From Pristiophorus japonicus (Eukaryota): a DNA stretch of 64,000 nucleotides. Both the position numbers and the translations under genes were made by a program. Below the pieces are notes generated by a model. It worked only from the letters and a program-made list of their open reading frames with translations, was not told where the DNA came from and made no database searches. Shown in pieces: positions 59,674 to 64,000 of the stretch; position 1 is the stretch's first letter; each line of letters opens with the position of its first letter. The stretch covers positions 87,110,001-87,174,000 of the forward strand of contig NC_091994.1 in assembly GCF_044704955.1 (NCBI RefSeq), read 5' to 3'.

Positions 59674-60265
59674 CTGCAAAGTGGTCAATAATTCAAAAGC
59701 AAGACTATAGACAGCGCCAACATCAGTAGATTTACAAATACAGACCGATGGATAACATTATGTTCTTCCCATGCATAATGACACTGGTACAAAACCTAGT
59801 CAGATTTACATGTTCTTAGACTTATATTCTTCTGCAGAATTTTGTTGTCATTTACATAGAATATCAGGACCATTTACAGACCAGGTGTAGCAGTGAGTTA
59901 CATAATAAAGCCCCCTGCAGTCTTCGTAGTGTCAAATGAGAGTTTTGTGCTGCGGGCCCTACCCACTGGCAACTTGGCTGACTACCTGAAACTATGACCT
60001 TTACTATCGGTGGGCAGGGGAGACTTTCATTCCATCAGTCTGAGCTGGATGTGTGCCCAGGTTCTGAGGGCGAGAGTCTCACCCACAGTTACAGCTGGAT
60101 GAAGCAGCAGCTCCGAGTACAACAGATTATAATAAACGGGCTCGAAATAAATAACCGGAGCATCCAACCAGCGGAAAAGCCGGAGCACAGCCTCGCTCTC
60201 TGGAACTTTCCCTCCTTCCCAACACCTCCCTCGGTTCCCCCCCCTATTCCCGGCCTAATCCTTAC

Positions 60266-60279
60266 CGCCGCGTCCACAT
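60266..60279 (-). CDS. UTP3: UTP3 probable first coding exon (MWTR[R])
   Basis: AGCATGTGGACGCGGCG followed by gtaagg; the only nearby ATG/donor pair found that gives the phase 2 needed by exon 2. Confidence 0.6.
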
Positions 60280-60620
60280 GCTCACAAACAACAGCAGGCG
60301 CCGCTGGTCCCTCCCTTAATCCTTTCGCCAACCCCACTGGTGAAATATAACCGCCCCCCTGCGCGAGCGCCGGACTCACTTACTCGTCTTGAGGAAGGCC
60401 CAAGTGTTTGAGACGTCGACTGCTGTTTTTCCCCGGACCCGCTGGTCGTTTCCATCTTTTTCTTGTTTTTATATTTCCGGATTTACAACATCTTCAATAT
60501 TTTGTTTTGTGTTTATATTCACTTACCCGGAACTTTTCTCGAGCCGGACAACTTCCGGTATGCGTGGGACTATTTCATTGCAACTGGCAGAGGGGGGCAG
60601 CAAGCTCGCCCACAGTCTAT
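60280..60620 (-). promoter_or_regulatory. UTP3 5' region/promoter, CpG-rich with ETS-type motifs
   Basis: ACTTCCGG at 60551-60558, further CCGGA motifs at about 60474-60481 and 60527-60532, GC box near 60351. Confidence 0.6.
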
Positions 60621-61904
60621 TTCAAAGGCCGAAAGGTATCCAGTTGATTATTCAAAGAAACCTTCACGTTAGATAATAAATTATAATATAATGTAATGTT
60701 AACGCGAGGTTATTGTGAGTTTGCCCCATTTGAAAGGGATCCCGTGGGTGGACGGGTCCCCCTTGGGGGGTATGAGTGGGCTGTGCTGGCTGCCTGGTAA
60801 CTGGGGGCGCCTCTGAGGCTGTGTGTACAATGTGCAGATTATATCGGCATCTATTTATTATAGGTAGCGATTGCAGGGCACCTTTCAGCACTGCATCCAG
60901 CAGAGGAGCCCCCCAAAATATTTAGCTCGGAACCTGTTGTTGAGCTGCTCGCGCACATGCAGTCCTAGTTGCAATTCTTGCTCCTCATTCTTCAGCTGCA
61001 GGGCTTCAGGGACCTTTGTGAGAAACTTTGGCCCGGCGGCCCACAGAGCCCGGGCAGAGGACTAGGTGCATCATCCACTCTGGTGACGGCGACAGAAGGA
61101 CTGTGCACGATGAGGTCGGGTCACGGTCTGAGAGAAGGAGGAGGAGTCAAAAGGGCCTGCTGAGTTTGCAGGGTGGCAAATGGAGAGCTGTGGTGAGGTA
61201 AAGATTAAAATGTAACCCCAACCCCCAACTCTCTTGGAGGTGCTAAGTCCCACTAGGTCGCAAAGACGATTCCTCATTGCCCCACAAGTGGCCAGTCTCT
61301 GGATCGAGACATTGAGTGTTGGCAGTCTATTTGACCATCAAGACCAACTAAATCCAATTCTGTCCTGATCCTGATATATGTACTTTCCAGCACAAGTTAC
61401 CAAAGAGCAATCATGAATGGGAATTCTGGTTATTTTTCCCCTTCCTAACCCAAGGGCATCGAGGCAACTTGTTGCTTCCGTTGAGATCAGTTTTTCGATA
61501 AGGAGTCAAATCTGGGACATAATGTTCTGTACTAACCTGTCAGATGGGCTCTGAAATTTATGGTTTATTTTCATTCCCATCAATCTCTAAATTTCCTTGC
61601 AACAGATGTATTTTCTTAGCTGGAATGAGTTAACATTGCTCAGTGCCCAGTAGAAGAAAAACAAATTCAACCATGGTAACTCATTCATTGCATATCTTTC
61701 TGCATGCTATCTATCGCATCACAAATTTCACACTCCTAGGTCTCCTGTCGCAATTAAGCTGCAATATGTCTTGTCATATACAGAGCTGTATAAACCTTTC
61801 CAACAATCTTGCCAGTGTTAAGTATTGGAATGCATGGTTGTCATTTGGATTTTAGTAAACTACAATAGTGGATGAATTATAGCCAGGGAATTACCTGTGA
61901 CAGC

Positions 61905-62512
61905 TTCTCTTACCATTCCCGCATTGTTACCTCTGGTGTCCCCCAAGGATTTATCCTTGGCCCCTTCCTATTCCAATGCACTCCTAGTTGGCATCCCATA
62001 TTATACCCATTAAACTTGAGGTCATCCAAAACTCGGCTGCCCCTGTTCTAAATCGCACCAAAACCATTCACCCATCACCCATGTGCTCGCTGACCTACAT
62101 TGGCTCCCGGTTAAGCAATGCCTCGATTTCAAAATTCTCATTCTTGTTTTCAAATCCTTCCATGGCCTCGCTCCTCCCTATCTCTGTAATCTCCTCCAGC
62201 CCCACAACCCCACTCCCCAACCCCGAGATATCTGCGCTTCTCTAATTCTGCCCTCATGAGCATCCCTGATTATAATTGCTCAACCATTTGTTGTTAGGCC
62301 CTAAGCTCTGGAACTCCCTGCACTCTCTGCCTCTCTACCTCTCCTCCTTTAAGACGCTCCTTAAAACCTACCTCTTTGACCAAGCTTTTGGTCACTTGCC
62401 CTAATTTCTCCTGTATGGATTGGTGTCAAATATTTTGTCTTCTAATACTCCTGTGAAGCGCCTTGGGACAGTTTGCTACGTTACAGGTGCTATAGAAATA
62501 CAAGTTGTTGTT
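61905..62512 (+). mobile_element. L2 fragment, internally deleted
   Basis: KLEVIQNSAA; tail AATACAAGTTGTTGTTG. Confidence 0.85.
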
Positions 62513-62704
62513 GATCAGTAAAATCTTTGTTTCGTAGCTACTTAAATTCTGAAAAGCAGTACAGTATATTTTGAGTTTGCAAACCACTGTTTTTATCTGG
62601 AGCGAGCATTTTAAGCTGTATAAACTAAGGTGAAGTACTGTTAGTTACAATTATCACTGGTGCTAGTAATGGTGAGACCAAATTGAGATGATGCATAAAA
62701 ATAT

Positions 62705-62915
62705 TGTTATGTATGTAAACCTGTAATTACCATGTCTAACCACCAGAGGGCTTATCCCCTGGCGTCCCAAGGGATCCCACAATCCCTTGGGAGCACCTGT
62801 ATATAAGGAGGCCTCACAGGCTGGAGAGGTACACTGAGATCTGTAATAAACGACTACAGTCACATTTACTTTGAGCTTGCAGTATCTTGTCTGACTCTTT
62901 ATTCAAGACACAACA
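62705..62915 (+). repeat. 5' LTR of Gypsy element (211 bp)
   Basis: TGTT...AACA ends, TATATAA near 62800, AATAAA at 62845-62850, followed by PBS-like TTGCGACGAG at 62918-62927. Confidence 0.88.
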
Positions 62916-64000
62916 ACTTGCGACGAGATACCGATGACGAACCCCAACGCAATGATGCAGAGAACTGTGGGCATCCTGGAGAAATTTTTGGAGGGAGATG
63001 ATTGGAAAACCTTCGTGGAGCGACTTGACCAATACTTCGCGGCCAACAAGCTGGAAGGAAAAGCGAACGCTGCCAAACGAAGGGCGATCCTCCTCACCGT
63101 TTGCGGGGCATCAATGTATGGCCTCATGAAAAACCTGCTCGCTCCAGTGAAACCCACAGACAAGTCGTACGATGAGTTGTGCACACTGGTCCGGGAGCAT
63201 CTAAACCCGAAGGAAGCGTTCTGATGGCGAGGTATCGGTTCTACACATACAAGCGGTCTGAAGGCCAGGAAGTGGCGAGCTACGTCGCCGAGCTGAGACG
63301 CCTTGCAGGACATTGCGAATTTGAAGGACACTTGGAGCATATGCTCAGGGACTTCTTTGTACTTGGCACTGGCCATGAAGTAATACTTCGCAAACTTTTG
63401 ACTGTAGAGACCCCAACCTTGAGTAAAGCCATAGCGAAAGCCCAGGCGTTTATCTCCACCAGTGACAATACCAAACAAATTTCCCAGCACACTAGTGCTG
63501 CTGCAAGTACTGTGAACAAAGTAACGTTGTGTTCGAATTGAAATGTAAATGGCAGGACTTGCACGCCTGTAGCTGCACGTCTGCAAATGACTCAGAGTCC
63601 GCCATCAAGGGTGGTGAATACAAGGCCATTAACACCTTGTTGGCGCTGCGGGGGTGATCATCGATTCCATTCATGAAGCTTCAAAGGATACATCTGCAAG
63701 GGCTGTGGAACAATGGGACACCTCCAACGCATGTGCAGGCGAGCTGCAAACCCTGCTAATCCTGTAAACCACCATGCTGCAGAGGAGGATAGATCCACGG
63801 TGGATCATGACAAACCAGAGCCTCAGACCGAGAAGGCAGAGGTATATGGGTTGCACATATTTACCACAAAGTGTCCCCCGATAATGCTGAAGGTTGAATT
63901 AAATGGACTCCTGGTGTCCATGGAGCTGGCGCAAGCCAGTCCATAATAAGCAAAAAGACTTTTGATAAGTTGTGGTGCAACAAGGCTTCAAGACCAGTCC
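62705..64000 (+). mobile_element. Ty3/Gypsy LTR retrotransposon, 5' part (gag and protease start), disabled
   Basis: DWKTFVERLDQYFAAN, LRRLAGHCEF, MLRDFFVLG, zinc knuckles CWRCGGDH and CKGCGTMGHLQRMC, then VELNGLLVSMEL; contains frameshifts and stops. Confidence 0.92.

Noticed and set aside
37823-60265. Intronic snoRNAs in UTP3
   Set aside because: No convincing C/D or H/ACA box arrangement seen by eye; needs snoscan or Infernal.
60620-62700. First exons of a plus-strand neighbour such as CCDC30
   Set aside because: Synteny makes it plausible, but I could not recognise any coding sequence.

Overview
Repeat-rich vertebrate genomic DNA, most likely from a shark or other chondrichthyan. That assignment is an inference from the mix of HER1-type CR1, L2, RTE, Penelope and Deu-type SINE repeats. 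Three host genes can be assembled by hand. (1) ZMYND12 on the minus strand: exons 1-2 only, the rest presumably lies left of the window. (2) PPCS on the plus strand: 3 exons, 321 aa, head-to-head with ZMYND12, with 333 bp between the start codons. (3) UTP3/SAS10 on the minus strand: 16 coding exons with consistent phases, about 489 aa, convergent with PPCS. The rest is mostly layered transposon debris: a near full-length but disabled CR1 LINE with a 69-bp TATA monomer array, many L2/CR1/RTE fragments, a deleted PIF/Harbinger element, MITEs, a Tx1 fragment, Penelope fragments with degenerate hammerhead cores, and the 5' end of a Gypsy element. The most unusual item is a ~350-bp poly(A)-tailed, TSD-flanked insertion at 23692-24056. 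It is a mosaic of U2 and U1 snRNA pieces (U2 5' end / U1 5' end and stem-loop I / U2 Sm site, duplicated stem-loop III, stem-loop IV / second U2 5' end / hairpin tail) whose stems are preserved despite sequence divergence. It looks like a spliceosomal-snRNA-derived SINE analogous to crocodilian SINEU. Exon coordinates were derived by hand from GT-AG boundaries. Repeat boundaries without a stated TSD or TIR are approximate. All family assignments come from recognition, not database searches.
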